Shown one piece after another: positions 1-9,176 of a stretch of 64,000 nucleotides of DNA. The stretch lies in IMG/VR virus record IMGVR_UViG_3300009011_000002, positions 1-64,000 of that record; one strand, 5' to 3'. Position 1 is the stretch's first letter; every line of letters begins with the position of its first letter. Both the position numbers and the translations under genes were made by a program. The notes beneath the pieces are model-generated. The model saw nothing but the letters and a program-made list of their open reading frames with translations, ran no database searches and was not told where the DNA came from.

Positions 1-2
1 AA

Positions 3-197
3 GCGATCGCGAATGCCTTCCAACATGCCGTGGAAGATCTCACGCAGTTGTTGGCCACCCTCATTGATGGGTCCCAGCAAGCCCAGACCAAACATCAAGT
101 TACTCAGGTGGGGATTCTCCTCTTCGGAGATGGGTTGTTTCTTTTCCTGACTCATCGCCAAGGCAGCGATCTTCAGGCGCAGGTAAATACAAGACAT
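3..197 (-). CDS. hypothetical protein, 5' part (runs off window start)
   Basis: ATG at 197 preceded by AAGGGG; frame open to the window edge (MSCIYLRLKIAALAMSQEKK...); co-directional with upstream structural genes. Confidence 0.6.
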   Translation of the reverse strand, partial: MSCIYLRLKIAALAMSQEKKQPISEEENPHLSNLMFGLGLLGPINEGGQQLREIFHGMLEGIRDR

Positions 198-206
198 ACC
201 GTCCCC

Positions 207-692
207 TTATTTGACTTTTACCGATACGCTGCCACGGTAGAGGGTGGAGTAAGCCGCATCGATAATCAGTTGATCGTCGAGCAGGGCGAGGTTGACTTCG
301 GAACGTGGCAGGTCAGAAATACCGACCAGGCGTTTCCAGTTACAGAAATGCACGGAGTATTCGTCCGCACCCACTTCGTAGCCAGGCACCACGACACTTT
401 CTTCCGTGTCTGGGTTACGACCCATCACGATATCGGTGTCTACCTCCTGAGAGGCCTCAGGAACGTCGCTGAAGGTGATTCCGGTGATGTCCTGTGGGAT
501 ATCACGGAAAAGCTCTTCCAAGCTCACACGCTCCACGATAAGCGCTTCCTGAGGCACCCCCACAAGGCTGTACTTGAAGGCTTCGTCGCTTAGCGGGGTT
601 ACGGTACCGAAACGAGGACTCATGTCGAGGACATTAGCCTGGCGCATGGCGCTGTAAACAATCGCCGTACGGTTGATGATGTTCAGTCTCAT
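207..692 (-). CDS. hypothetical protein (structural gene cluster)
   Basis: 161-aa ORF, ATGA overlap with upstream gene. Confidence 0.7.
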   Translation of the reverse strand: MRLNIINRTAIVYSAMRQANVLDMSPRFGTVTPLSDEAFKYSLVGVPQEALIVERVSLEELFRDIPQDITGITFSDVPEASQEVDTDIVMGRNPDTEESVVVPGYEVGADEYSVHFCNWKRLVGISDLPRSEVNLALLDDQLIIDAAYSTLYRGSVSVKVK

Positions 693-1753
693 TTCTTGTC
701 GTCCTTCTTACCGCTGGTGTTGATGGTGGCTGCGATGATGTCCAAGGCCCCTTTGGTCAATTGCATGAACAGCAGGTCCTGAGACTTCACAGTGACCATG
801 TAATCGCTCGTGACACGCTTGAGCTTGTTGATGATGGCTTCCGTTTTACCAGTAGCCTTCTCGAGGTTCAGGCTTTGGGCGAAGGTCAACCCATCTTCCA
901 TGGACTTGATCATGTTCTTTTCCAACCCAACGGTTTTACCCAGCAAGGTCTCGAACTTCTCAGCGGCTTTGTTGGCCTCCTTACGGAGGTTCTCTACCGC
1001 CGACACGTTGGTGGTGAAGTTGGGGTTACCCTGCTTCTTGAGTAGCTTGGGATCATTGACAATGACCACCTTGCCGTTCTCACCCACAATCGCCTTCGAC
1101 GCACCCACAAAGGATTTATCAAACCCTTTGAAGATCCCGTGGACTTTAGTGTTGTGGGACTTGATGTAGTCCTCCAACTTCGAAGTGCCATGGGAGATGA
1201 TCAGCACCGACTTAACGTTGTTGCAGAAGTTCTGCATGGCATCTGCGTGGTCGGTAGCCGCGTCAAGGGCCTTGTTCAGCTGTGTCAGGAAGGTCTTCAT
1301 CCAATCCAGGTTCTTGGGTACTGGCTTTGGATTAGCCCACAGTTGCGCATAGACCAAGGGGTATGGAATGTCCCCACTCTTCACACCGTGAGTCTTGAGG
1401 TCATCCTCAATGTTCTCAGACTTCTTTTCCAGCTGCTTAGCCTTACCAAAGAAGAACGACCAGATCCATTTGAAGAACTTCTTGATCCCTTCAATGAAAC
1501 TGCTGATGGCCGATTTGGTCCATGACACCAAACCTTCGTTACCCGAACGGGTAATTGCTTCCTGCTGGGGACGCATGTGTTCGAACAGGAGTTTGTAATA
1601 ACCCTCGTTGCCCGACACCTTGTTGTACTCATCGGAAAGATCTTCCACTTCCTCATCACTGAGGTCTACGGGAGACTCCGGGTGTTCTACTTGGTACGAC
1701 TCCATGACAGTCGGACTGTTGATAAAGCGGTTAGGCAACGCTTGCGTCGACAT
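689..1753 (-). CDS. internal head/ejection protein, phiKZ internal-protein-like
   Basis: acidic N-terminal propeptide, two SGNE sites, then amphipathic helix SFIEGIKKFFKWIWSFFF; GAGGA RBS. Confidence 0.7.
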   Translation of the reverse strand: MSTQALPNRFINSPTVMESYQVEHPESPVDLSDEEVEDLSDEYNKVSGNEGYYKLLFEHMRPQQEAITRSGNEGLVSWTKSAISSFIEGIKKFFKWIWSFFFGKAKQLEKKSENIEDDLKTHGVKSGDIPYPLVYAQLWANPKPVPKNLDWMKTFLTQLNKALDAATDHADAMQNFCNNVKSVLIISHGTSKLEDYIKSHNTKVHGIFKGFDKSFVGASKAIVGENGKVVIVNDPKLLKKQGNPNFTTNVSAVENLRKEANKAAEKFETLLGKTVGLEKNMIKSMEDGLTFAQSLNLEKATGKTEAIINKLKRVTSDYMVTVKSQDLLFMQLTKGALDIIAATINTSGKKDDKK

Positions 1754-1788
1754 CCTAAATTCCTCTTAAGGTGAATATTCGCTTAGAC

Positions 1789-1805
1789 CCATAGCATCCC
1801 TAAAA
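1789..1805 (-). promoter_or_regulatory. candidate late promoter (AGGGATGCTATG)
   Basis: same AGGGATGCTATR string as 57277-57292; contains the TATG core of phiKZ late promoters; upstream of a virion gene. Confidence 0.4.
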
Positions 1806-1824
1806 ATCAAATGGCGGCATAAAG

Positions 1825-1855
1825 GCTATCGCCCGGGTCAGCCCCGGGCGATAGC
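1825..1855. terminator. intrinsic terminator hairpin
   Basis: GCTATCGCCCGGG/CCCGGGCGATAGC 13-bp stem downstream of 1890-3143. Confidence 0.75.
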
Positions 1856-1889
1856 ACTTCTTTTACGCTTTGGTCACGTAACCTACTGA

Positions 1890-3143
1890 TTAGTAGGAGA
1901 TGTGAGCCTGGACGCCGTCCAGAGCGGCACGCAGACCGCCAGCCAGCATCTTGGTGCCGACCTGGGTCAGCGAAGCACCGGCGGCGTAAACAGCACGCAC
2001 CAGGTTGACCTGCTTGTTGACTTCGGAGGCCTTGTCGTCGTCGGCTGCTTTAACAGCGTTCAGGCTACCAACAACACGGTCACGCTCGGCAGCCGAGAAC
2101 TTCTTGGCGATGTTGCTGGCGCGCAGAGCTTGAACGCCGCCGCGGACTTCGGAGATGGCGCTCAGCAGGCCGGACTTGTCCAGCTTGGCCTTGACGCTGC
2201 CCGAGGACAGTTTCTTGGCTTCCGGATCCTTGCCGAAGGTCAGCTTCAGCGAGCGAGCGGCTGCTGCTGCTTCGGTCAGGTCTTTCGGATCGGAATCCTG
2301 GTAGCTGGCGCGGACGCGCAGGCCGGCGTGAACGGCGATCACGACGTTGGTCGAACCGTTTTTCTTGGCTTGCGATTTGCCGATCTTGGTCGCGTCGGAT
2401 TTGATCGACGAAACCACGGAGCCGTAAGCCGACTTGAAGGCGCCCAGGTCGATGCCGCTGACGTTCTTGCCCAGATCGATCAGCTTGGCCATGGCATCCA
2501 TGGTGGCGTCGAAGGCTTTGGCGTTCTTGGCTTCGGCCAGGCCGTTCTTGGCGTAGTCGAAGTAGACGTTCCAGCCACCCAGCTTGATGTCCTTCTTGAT
2601 GGTCGCGCCATCGTCGATGCGCTTCTTCAGCTGGTCAGCACGACGCTGCAGGCCGTCGGCCTGGTTGAACAGCGACACGAAGAAGTTGATGACGGTGTTG
2701 AAGATGTGCTTGATGAACTCGATGGCCTTACGACCATATTCCTTCACCTTGTCCATGAAGCTTTCGACGCCCTGGCGAACCATCAGCTCGGCAGTGGCAG
2801 CGTCGGAGACGGACTCGGCACCGATACGCTCGCCGTCGATGTCGGCACCCAGGCGGTTGGCCAGCTTCACGCCGCGGTTGTACAGCTTGGCGAAGGCAGC
2901 AGGGTTGTAGTTGCCCGAGCCCAGCAGCGATTCCAGACCTTCGACGGTTTCTTCCAGCTCTTCGACGGAATCGTCGAGCTCGGCAACTTCGTCAACCAGG
3001 TTTTCGACCGCCTGGGAGTTTTCTTCGATTTCGGCCGCCAGCTCGGCGACTTCAGCGCGTACCACTTCTTCGACAGCGTCGACCACATCGGCGTTACCGC
3101 CTTCGAGGTTCAGGTCTTCAGCGCCTACGTAGAAATCCAACAT
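1890..3143 (-). CDS. abundant internal head (inner body/ejection) protein, phiKZ gp93/95-like family
   Basis: long acidic coiled-coil propeptide with GxE sites (GAE, GLE, GVE), then SFMDKVKEYGRKAIEFIKHIFNTVINFF helix; strong codon bias; AAGGA RBS. Confidence 0.75.
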   Translation of the reverse strand: MLDFYVGAEDLNLEGGNADVVDAVEEVVRAEVAELAAEIEENSQAVENLVDEVAELDDSVEELEETVEGLESLLGSGNYNPAAFAKLYNRGVKLANRLGADIDGERIGAESVSDAATAELMVRQGVESFMDKVKEYGRKAIEFIKHIFNTVINFFVSLFNQADGLQRRADQLKKRIDDGATIKKDIKLGGWNVYFDYAKNGLAEAKNAKAFDATMDAMAKLIDLGKNVSGIDLGAFKSAYGSVVSSIKSDATKIGKSQAKKNGSTNVVIAVHAGLRVRASYQDSDPKDLTEAAAAARSLKLTFGKDPEAKKLSSGSVKAKLDKSGLLSAISEVRGGVQALRASNIAKKFSAAERDRVVGSLNAVKAADDDKASEVNKQVNLVRAVYAAGASLTQVGTKMLAGGLRAALDGVQAHISY

Positions 3144-3190
3144 GATGTGTTCCTTTTCGTTAACGAAAGAAAGAGTGTTTAATTAAACGG

Positions 3191-4213
3191 TTAAGCGAAG
3201 ACTCCCAGCACACCATGAATGTACCGGTCAGTGTAGCTGACCACCCGGGGGGTGAATCCGCTATAAAATGCCAGGGCATTGGGTTCCCCGGCAAGAAGCT
3301 TCTCAGCTTCGCTCATTGCGGTACCGCTCACTTTGTCCAGCTTAGCCAAGTTCGCATCCACAGCCTTGACCATTTCTGCCCAAGACTTGAGGAAACTCAG
3401 GTAACTGTCGTAAGATTGCTTTAACCGCTTGTGCATCGCGTTCACCTTGTTCAAGTTGTTCAGCACAGCGCTGACTTCGGACTTGGACAAAGTGATCGAA
3501 GCTCCTGCCCCTTCGGGCGCGTCTCCGTTCATAAGATATTTAGGAGCACCGTTCTCAGCGGTAACAAACTCCCATACCTTACCGCCTGGCAGCACGTCAG
3601 ACGTATGCTTGTTGCCGCTGGAATGCGACAGGCCAAAGACTGGATACTTCAGGCCATCGAACTCCTCGGTGATCTTCAGGATCTGATCGGCAGTAGAAGC
3701 CGACTTCAACTTGCGAGCCACCAGCAACTGCTTGTCGAGGAAACTGAGCACATCTTTGCTGTGCTTGTCCAGTTGTTCCAACGCCCTGATCAAGGTATTC
3801 ATGTCGCCGCTGAGTTTGTCGAAGTCACCTTCACAGGTGAGCAGTGCTACCTTGGCGGCAGCTACTGTTACTTCTTGCTCTTGCTCGCGACTGATATCCT
3901 GCAACAGTTTCCGGATCAGGGTGTCGTTATCACTGAACGCCCGGACCAGTCCATTGCCAGCAGCACTCAGGCCTTTGGAGAAGAGGGTAATTGCTTGACC
4001 CCCTACCCACTTGCTGACTTGGAACAGTCCGGACCCCAGGTTCGACATGCCGTTCTTCAGACCTTCAACCAGGTCCTCGTTACCGGCCACTTCGATTTGG
4101 ATACGGTTCGGTTGCTTATTCAGCTCCTTACCGATGATCTCCATGGCCCGCAGTTCTTCGATCAGGTCCAGATGGTTCTCGAGACCTTCACGATACATTC
4201 GACGTGTCGACAT
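3191..4213 (-). CDS. virion head protein
   Basis: ATG 4213 with GGAG RBS; VAGNED processing motif; SDVLPGG motif similar to neighbouring paralogs. Confidence 0.7.
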   Translation of the reverse strand: MSTRRMYREGLENHLDLIEELRAMEIIGKELNKQPNRIQIEVAGNEDLVEGLKNGMSNLGSGLFQVSKWVGGQAITLFSKGLSAAGNGLVRAFSDNDTLIRKLLQDISREQEQEVTVAAAKVALLTCEGDFDKLSGDMNTLIRALEQLDKHSKDVLSFLDKQLLVARKLKSASTADQILKITEEFDGLKYPVFGLSHSSGNKHTSDVLPGGKVWEFVTAENGAPKYLMNGDAPEGAGASITLSKSEVSAVLNNLNKVNAMHKRLKQSYDSYLSFLKSWAEMVKAVDANLAKLDKVSGTAMSEAEKLLAGEPNALAFYSGFTPRVVSYTDRYIHGVLGVFA

Positions 4214-4225
4214 ACCACTCTCCAA

Positions 4226-5539
4226 TTAAGGTGCGTTGGCCTTAATCGAATCATGGCACAGTTCGATCAGGCCATTGACGATGAGGACCAAATAGCCGTT
4301 GACCGCTGTACGAACAGACAGCAGTTCCATTTGGTTCTTACGGACAAGGCTGGAGAAAGCCATGAGGGCTTTATCCTTGAGGTCTTCGGACATCGCCGAC
4401 TCATAGATGCCTTTGGAGACATCCTGGTAGTCTGCGTCGACCAGCTTGAACTTCTCAGCCGCATCGAACGCCTTGCGCCATTCCTTGAGGACTTCGCGCA
4501 GGTGCTTGATAACTGCCTTGATTTGGCCGGTGCCGAGGGACTTCACCTCGTTGTTGAATTTCGGGAAGATGATCGAGCTGTCGTTCTCGAAACCGGAATA
4601 CTCCCGCTCGATATGTTTGCCCAGATAATCCATGGCATCGTCTACCGACGCCAACTTGCCACGTTGCGGGTTGTTCAGCCGAACATCCAGGAAGTAAGCA
4701 CCCCCCATCAGTTCAACCGATTGCTTCGCAGTGACTGCACCGTCCGAATGACGCTTGTTCGGGTAGGTACATTCCTTGAAGCGTTCCGCCGACAGAATGC
4801 TTGGCAGGAGCTTGAAACGCTCGATGGCCAGTTCTTCATCAGCTTCCGCAAAACCACCGAAGTACGACAGGGTGGTGTTGAGGGTATTCTTGCTGGTGAA
4901 GTAGTAGCTGGTCGAAATACCGGAAATGGTACGCGACAGCTTACTGAGGTTACCGGTCCAATCCTCGTTCACCTTGTCACCGATCTTGAACAGGTTGAAC
5001 AGGCGGCTACCCAACAGGATGCCTTCCTTCCCTTCAAAGCTCGGGGTGGTGTTGATGGTGTTCTCGAGGATGTCGAGCGCTTTCTCCAAAGAGTCTTGCG
5101 ACTCAGTGAACATCAGGTACGCGTCTTTCGTTGCGATACCGATGCGCTGAGCCACTTCACGGGACTTCTTGTAGAATTCACCCAGGAAGCTCTCGCAGCC
5201 CACCAGACGCGTGAGGATGTAATCCCCTGGCATCAGGGTATGGCCGAGGGCTTCGTAGCCTTCTACAGCGTCCGAGCCTGCTGCTGGAGGGATCTCGATG
5301 TTGGAGCGAACCAATTTCTTGTCGAGTTCCGCCGCCAGCTCAGGGGTAACGTCGTGTGCGGACAGTGGGGTCAGGATCGACTTGACCATGAGGACGCGGT
5401 CTTTGGAGTTGTCCAGTTGATTCTGGAAACGGTCCAAGTCCGCAGCCTCTTTCGCCATGCCGACAATCACTTCCGACTTAACCGCAGAGATGGCAGCCAT
5501 TTCAGCTGCCAGTCCGATGGACTTGTCGACTTCATCCAT
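4226..5539 (-). CDS. virion head protein (internal-protein paralog)
   Basis: 437 aa; GYE/GCE sites; SVELMGG motif; head cluster synteny. Confidence 0.7.
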   Translation of the reverse strand: MDEVDKSIGLAAEMAAISAVKSEVIVGMAKEAADLDRFQNQLDNSKDRVLMVKSILTPLSAHDVTPELAAELDKKLVRSNIEIPPAAGSDAVEGYEALGHTLMPGDYILTRLVGCESFLGEFYKKSREVAQRIGIATKDAYLMFTESQDSLEKALDILENTINTTPSFEGKEGILLGSRLFNLFKIGDKVNEDWTGNLSKLSRTISGISTSYYFTSKNTLNTTLSYFGGFAEADEELAIERFKLLPSILSAERFKECTYPNKRHSDGAVTAKQSVELMGGAYFLDVRLNNPQRGKLASVDDAMDYLGKHIEREYSGFENDSSIIFPKFNNEVKSLGTGQIKAVIKHLREVLKEWRKAFDAAEKFKLVDADYQDVSKGIYESAMSEDLKDKALMAFSSLVRKNQMELLSVRTAVNGYLVLIVNGLIELCHDSIKANAP

Positions 5540-6044
5540 AGTAGCTTTCCCCTCCTACCAGCAAGAACAACCGCCCCACAGCCAAAGGACCAATGCCAGC
5601 CATGAGACGATACAGGTCGTAATCGTACACCGCCTCGCCCTGGCGCAAGAACACTTCGTTCCCTGCTACCCGAGCCGACGGAGAATAACTGCCGGCCTTC
5701 ATCCGTGCCACCGAGTGAAGCTTGTTCTCGTGGACACTGATGGAGGTCTGCAACTGAGCATGGCCGATGCGACCATTGAGGTAGTGAAGCACGTCACGAA
5801 CAACGTCCGCAATGTGACCCCGACCCCCCTCGAAGTTCACCGCCAACCAATTCTGGAAGGATTTACCGGTGAGGCGATTGACATCGCGCAACACTTCGAC
5901 GGCAAGGTGGGTTTTCATCACCAAACCAAAGTCCACGTTGCAATCGGTCTTCAGGAGTTTGAGGTTCCGGAAGATACCGACCATCTCGCCTTCGTCCAAG
6001 TCGGCGGCAACGTAACCGTTACTGACGAGTCGGTAGTCAGGCAT
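5532..6044 (-). CDS. hypothetical protein
   Basis: 170 aa, overlaps both neighbours by 8 nt, GAGG RBS. Confidence 0.65.
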   Translation of the reverse strand: MPDYRLVSNGYVAADLDEGEMVGIFRNLKLLKTDCNVDFGLVMKTHLAVEVLRDVNRLTGKSFQNWLAVNFEGGRGHIADVVRDVLHYLNGRIGHAQLQTSISVHENKLHSVARMKAGSYSPSARVAGNEVFLRQGEAVYDYDLYRLMAGIGPLAVGRLFLLVGGESYYG

Positions 6045-6918
6045 AGTCGGCCTCGATTTCCTGGATCTTGTGTTCGTGCTTGATGATGGCTTCCTGGAGC
6101 ACTTCGATCTGGTGGTCGAGGTGTGGGTCCGGGGAACCGTTGCGCTTGTTGATCGCTTGCGAGATCTTCATGGCGAACATCTCGTTCTTGCGACGCATGT
6201 TTTCAATGCGCCACAGCTGGATCTTGGAGTAACCCAGAGCCACCCAGAAGTACGGGTTGATCAGGTGAACACCGAAGCCCTTTTGCAGCAGGTCAACCGA
6301 ACCCTTACCGTCGGTGCCTTCCAGGACGCCGATGGAGCTTTCGCTCAGTTCGATATCCGGGATCTTGGCCAGGTTCTGGATCAGGTTACGTGCACCCTTC
6401 ATCAGGTCCAGCGAGAACGAACGATACATCTGTTCGGTGCCGTTGATAAAGCGGGTGTCGACCTTGTTCAGGTAGCGCTCAGGATCCGTACCGTCGTTGC
6501 TCATGGTGAGCAGCACTTCGAGCAGCGTCTGGGAATAACGCACCCAGAAGTTCATGTACTCGATGAGGTTGAGGATGTTGGTCTGGCGCAGGGTGATCAG
6601 CTTACCGTCCCACAGCTTCTCATTGTAGCCCTTAACCAGCTTGCTGACTTCAGGCTGGAGTGCAACCAGTACCGACAAGCAGAACTGAATGTTTTCCACC
6701 AGCGAGGAGCTGCGGTAGCCCTGGGAGTCGAAGTGCTTCTTGATACCACGGCTAACGATCCAGCGGTCGGACACCCCGGACAGGTCAATGCCGTTGGCCT
6801 TGATCGAGTCGAGGTTGTTCGACAGGTCTTGAGCGGACACCTGCACCTGGAGCAGGGATTGGAGGATGTCCTGCTCTTTGAACGTTTTGACATTTTTGGT
6901 GTAGGCCAAGATGTCCAT
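6037..6918 (-). CDS. virion head protein (phiKZ gp90-like by synteny)
   Basis: 293 aa, GGAGG RBS, TAATG coupling to upstream gene. Confidence 0.6.
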   Translation of the reverse strand: MDILAYTKNVKTFKEQDILQSLLQVQVSAQDLSNNLDSIKANGIDLSGVSDRWIVSRGIKKHFDSQGYRSSSLVENIQFCLSVLVALQPEVSKLVKGYNEKLWDGKLITLRQTNILNLIEYMNFWVRYSQTLLEVLLTMSNDGTDPERYLNKVDTRFINGTEQMYRSFSLDLMKGARNLIQNLAKIPDIELSESSIGVLEGTDGKGSVDLLQKGFGVHLINPYFWVALGYSKIQLWRIENMRRKNEMFAMKISQAINKRNGSPDPHLDHQIEVLQEAIIKHEHKIQEIEADYA

Positions 6919-8057
6919 TACATGCCTCCGTTGAGCAGCTTGACGAGGTCAGCCAGGTTGTTGGACCCGTTGTCCTTCTTGGACTTGATCGCGATGTCCT
7001 TACGGGTGTAAGTCTCGACCATGTCCATGCCATGGGTGTAGAAGGTGAAGATACCGCGGTCTTCGTCGCAGACCACGATGGTGTTGGCGTTGGTCGCCGA
7101 GAAGATTTGCTCACGCGACTTGTAGTCACGGAAACGCTTGCCGATGGAGAGCTCCAGTTTGTTCTGAGTGCTCTTATCCATGATGAAGCTGTTGGCCATG
7201 GTATTCATCGAAACGGTACCAGAGCGCAGCGCAGCGAGCTTGTTGCCAGTCTCACGGCGCATGGCTTCCTTGTAGAAGCCCGACATGTCATCGTTACGGA
7301 TCTTGAAGCGATCCTTGATGATGTCACGTCCACCCAGGAATTCAGGCCAGGTGAGTTCCTTGGTGTCCTTGGTCATGAACAGACGGATGAAGAAACCATC
7401 TTCCTGCTTGACCGCGGAGAAGATCCGTTCCATGTCGACCTGTTGGGTCGGGATCGGGATCTGGCGGAAGGTCAGCGGGATGTCCTGCTTGACGCCTTGC
7501 TCGGTGACGATGGTGGCTACCACAGTCTTACCCACGGCGAGTGGGGTGTACTCAGACACCGAGTTCAGCGACTTGCTGTCGACGTTGATGTATTCCTGAC
7601 CCGAAGGATTCTTCGACTTCGGTTCATCGCTACCGTCTTCATTACCAGCACGGCGGTAGTTCGGCAGGTTGTCGTTGAGCGCTTCACAGCCCGACAGCGA
7701 CATCATGCCACCACGGTTCGGCGAGATGGAACCGATGAGGTTTTCCATCTTGACACCGACCGCCACCGAGCTCTGCATCGACAGGTGAGTCAGGGTCGCG
7801 ACGATGTCACGAAGCATGACAACACCCATCACATCCTGCATGTATTCCTGGTGCAGGAGACTGGCTTCCACACCCACCAAAGGCGCGATAATTGCACGGT
7901 TCGCGGACTTGTGGACCGAGCTGGTCGAGACCACATTGTATGAATGTCGAACTTTGCCCGCCACGTCGGCGGCGGCACCTATGTCTTTGCTATCCGGATA
8001 AATCTGCTTCGCGATATCCAGGAAGAAAGACCCCAAGTTTAATACTGCACCAATCAT
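6918..8057 (-). CDS. inner-body head protein (phiKZ gp89-like by synteny)
   Basis: 379 aa; internal SGCE and RAGNED sites; divergent from the next gene as in the phiKZ gp88/89 arrangement. Confidence 0.6.
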   Translation of the reverse strand: MIGAVLNLGSFFLDIAKQIYPDSKDIGAAADVAGKVRHSYNVVSTSSVHKSANRAIIAPLVGVEASLLHQEYMQDVMGVVMLRDIVATLTHLSMQSSVAVGVKMENLIGSISPNRGGMMSLSGCEALNDNLPNYRRAGNEDGSDEPKSKNPSGQEYINVDSKSLNSVSEYTPLAVGKTVVATIVTEQGVKQDIPLTFRQIPIPTQQVDMERIFSAVKQEDGFFIRLFMTKDTKELTWPEFLGGRDIIKDRFKIRNDDMSGFYKEAMRRETGNKLAALRSGTVSMNTMANSFIMDKSTQNKLELSIGKRFRDYKSREQIFSATNANTIVVCDEDRGIFTFYTHGMDMVETYTRKDIAIKSKKDNGSNNLADLVKLLNGGM

Positions 8058-8087
8058 AGTCTTTACCTGTTAATGGGAGCCAATGTA

Positions 8088-9176
8088 ATGGCTGATGATC
8101 CAAATGCTTTCGATGGATGGTATGTTAGTACCCCGGGTAACCAGGAACCGAACGATCCACTAAGCGCCCAAAACCTTTACGAGTGGATCGAGTACGCCTT
8201 CACTGAGAACGGTGGCCCCGGTTACCAAAGCGCACTCATCAACATGTTGAAAGGCGTCCGGATATTGGGTCCTGGGAACCAGATGGCCCCCATCCCAGAC
8301 GACACCATAGGATTAGTGTTCATGAACCGGCCGTTACTGAACCTTTCCGATGAAAATGTCATCAAGCATCCCCAGCTTTTGACGTACTACAACCCACCCC
8401 GTAATACCTTGCAGCACTACATCAAGGGTCTGCTGGACCCAGTCTGGGGTCGGGGTAACAGCGGTAACAGTGATTTGCTCGACCCCCTGTATCCGTGGAT
8501 TGCACCGATCACCAACTTGGTGAAGGTTTCCACCGGCTTCCCTGATATCGGGTTGAACGTCTCAACGAGTCAGCCGGGTATTCGTAAAGAAGTTTATCAG
8601 TATGTCGACGGCATCCTAAAGGTCAACTACAACTACGACATGCGGATGAGCTTCTACCCGTGTAAGCCCAATATCATTCCTACCATCTTCGACGTGTGGA
8701 ACCACTACATCGAAGGTGTGAAGTTGGGTGATGAAGGCATGGAGCCTTACGCGGAAGCGTTGATCCAGAACTACCGGGACTTCGACTGCCGGGTGTACCA
8801 CATCATCCTCAACAAGAACATGCGTAACATCGAGGGCATTTACTGTAATGGCTATGCGTGGCCAAACAGTTATCCATCGGGTGCGTTCTCCACCATTGAC
8901 CGGACAGGCACTACCCTGCGGGGTCAAGGTCAGGACGACGTGGAAATCAACTTCCCGAGCGTGGCCTTCCGTTACAACAACCTGCAGATCGCGGACCAGT
9001 TCAACCGCACCACGTTGTTCTTCAACCCAAACATGCACCCAAGTGTACGGAACAGCTACTACCGGAAGTTAGCGTTCAGCGAATACTTCGGTGGTGGTTA
9101 CCACGCCTACCCTTGGATCAACCTTAACACGATGGAAATGGAATACTGGAGTAAGCTTGATGGCACTCTCTCATGA
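8088..9176 (+). CDS. virion structural protein (phiKZ gp88-like; tail/baseplate)
   Basis: ATG 8088 with GGGAG RBS; beta-rich tail-tube-like stretches; synteny. Confidence 0.55.
   Translation: MADDPNAFDGWYVSTPGNQEPNDPLSAQNLYEWIEYAFTENGGPGYQSALINMLKGVRILGPGNQMAPIPDDTIGLVFMNRPLLNLSDENVIKHPQLLTYYNPPRNTLQHYIKGLLDPVWGRGNSGNSDLLDPLYPWIAPITNLVKVSTGFPDIGLNVSTSQPGIRKEVYQYVDGILKVNYNYDMRMSFYPCKPNIIPTIFDVWNHYIEGVKLGDEGMEPYAEALIQNYRDFDCRVYHIILNKNMRNIEGIYCNGYAWPNSYPSGAFSTIDRTGTTLRGQGQDDVEINFPSVAFRYNNLQIADQFNRTTLFFNPNMHPSVRNSYYRKLAFSEYFGGGYHAYPWINLNTMEMEYWSKLDGTLS

Noticed and set aside
30-593. 187-aa plus-strand ORF
   Set aside because: Overlaps two minus-strand genes that fit the operon and have RBSs
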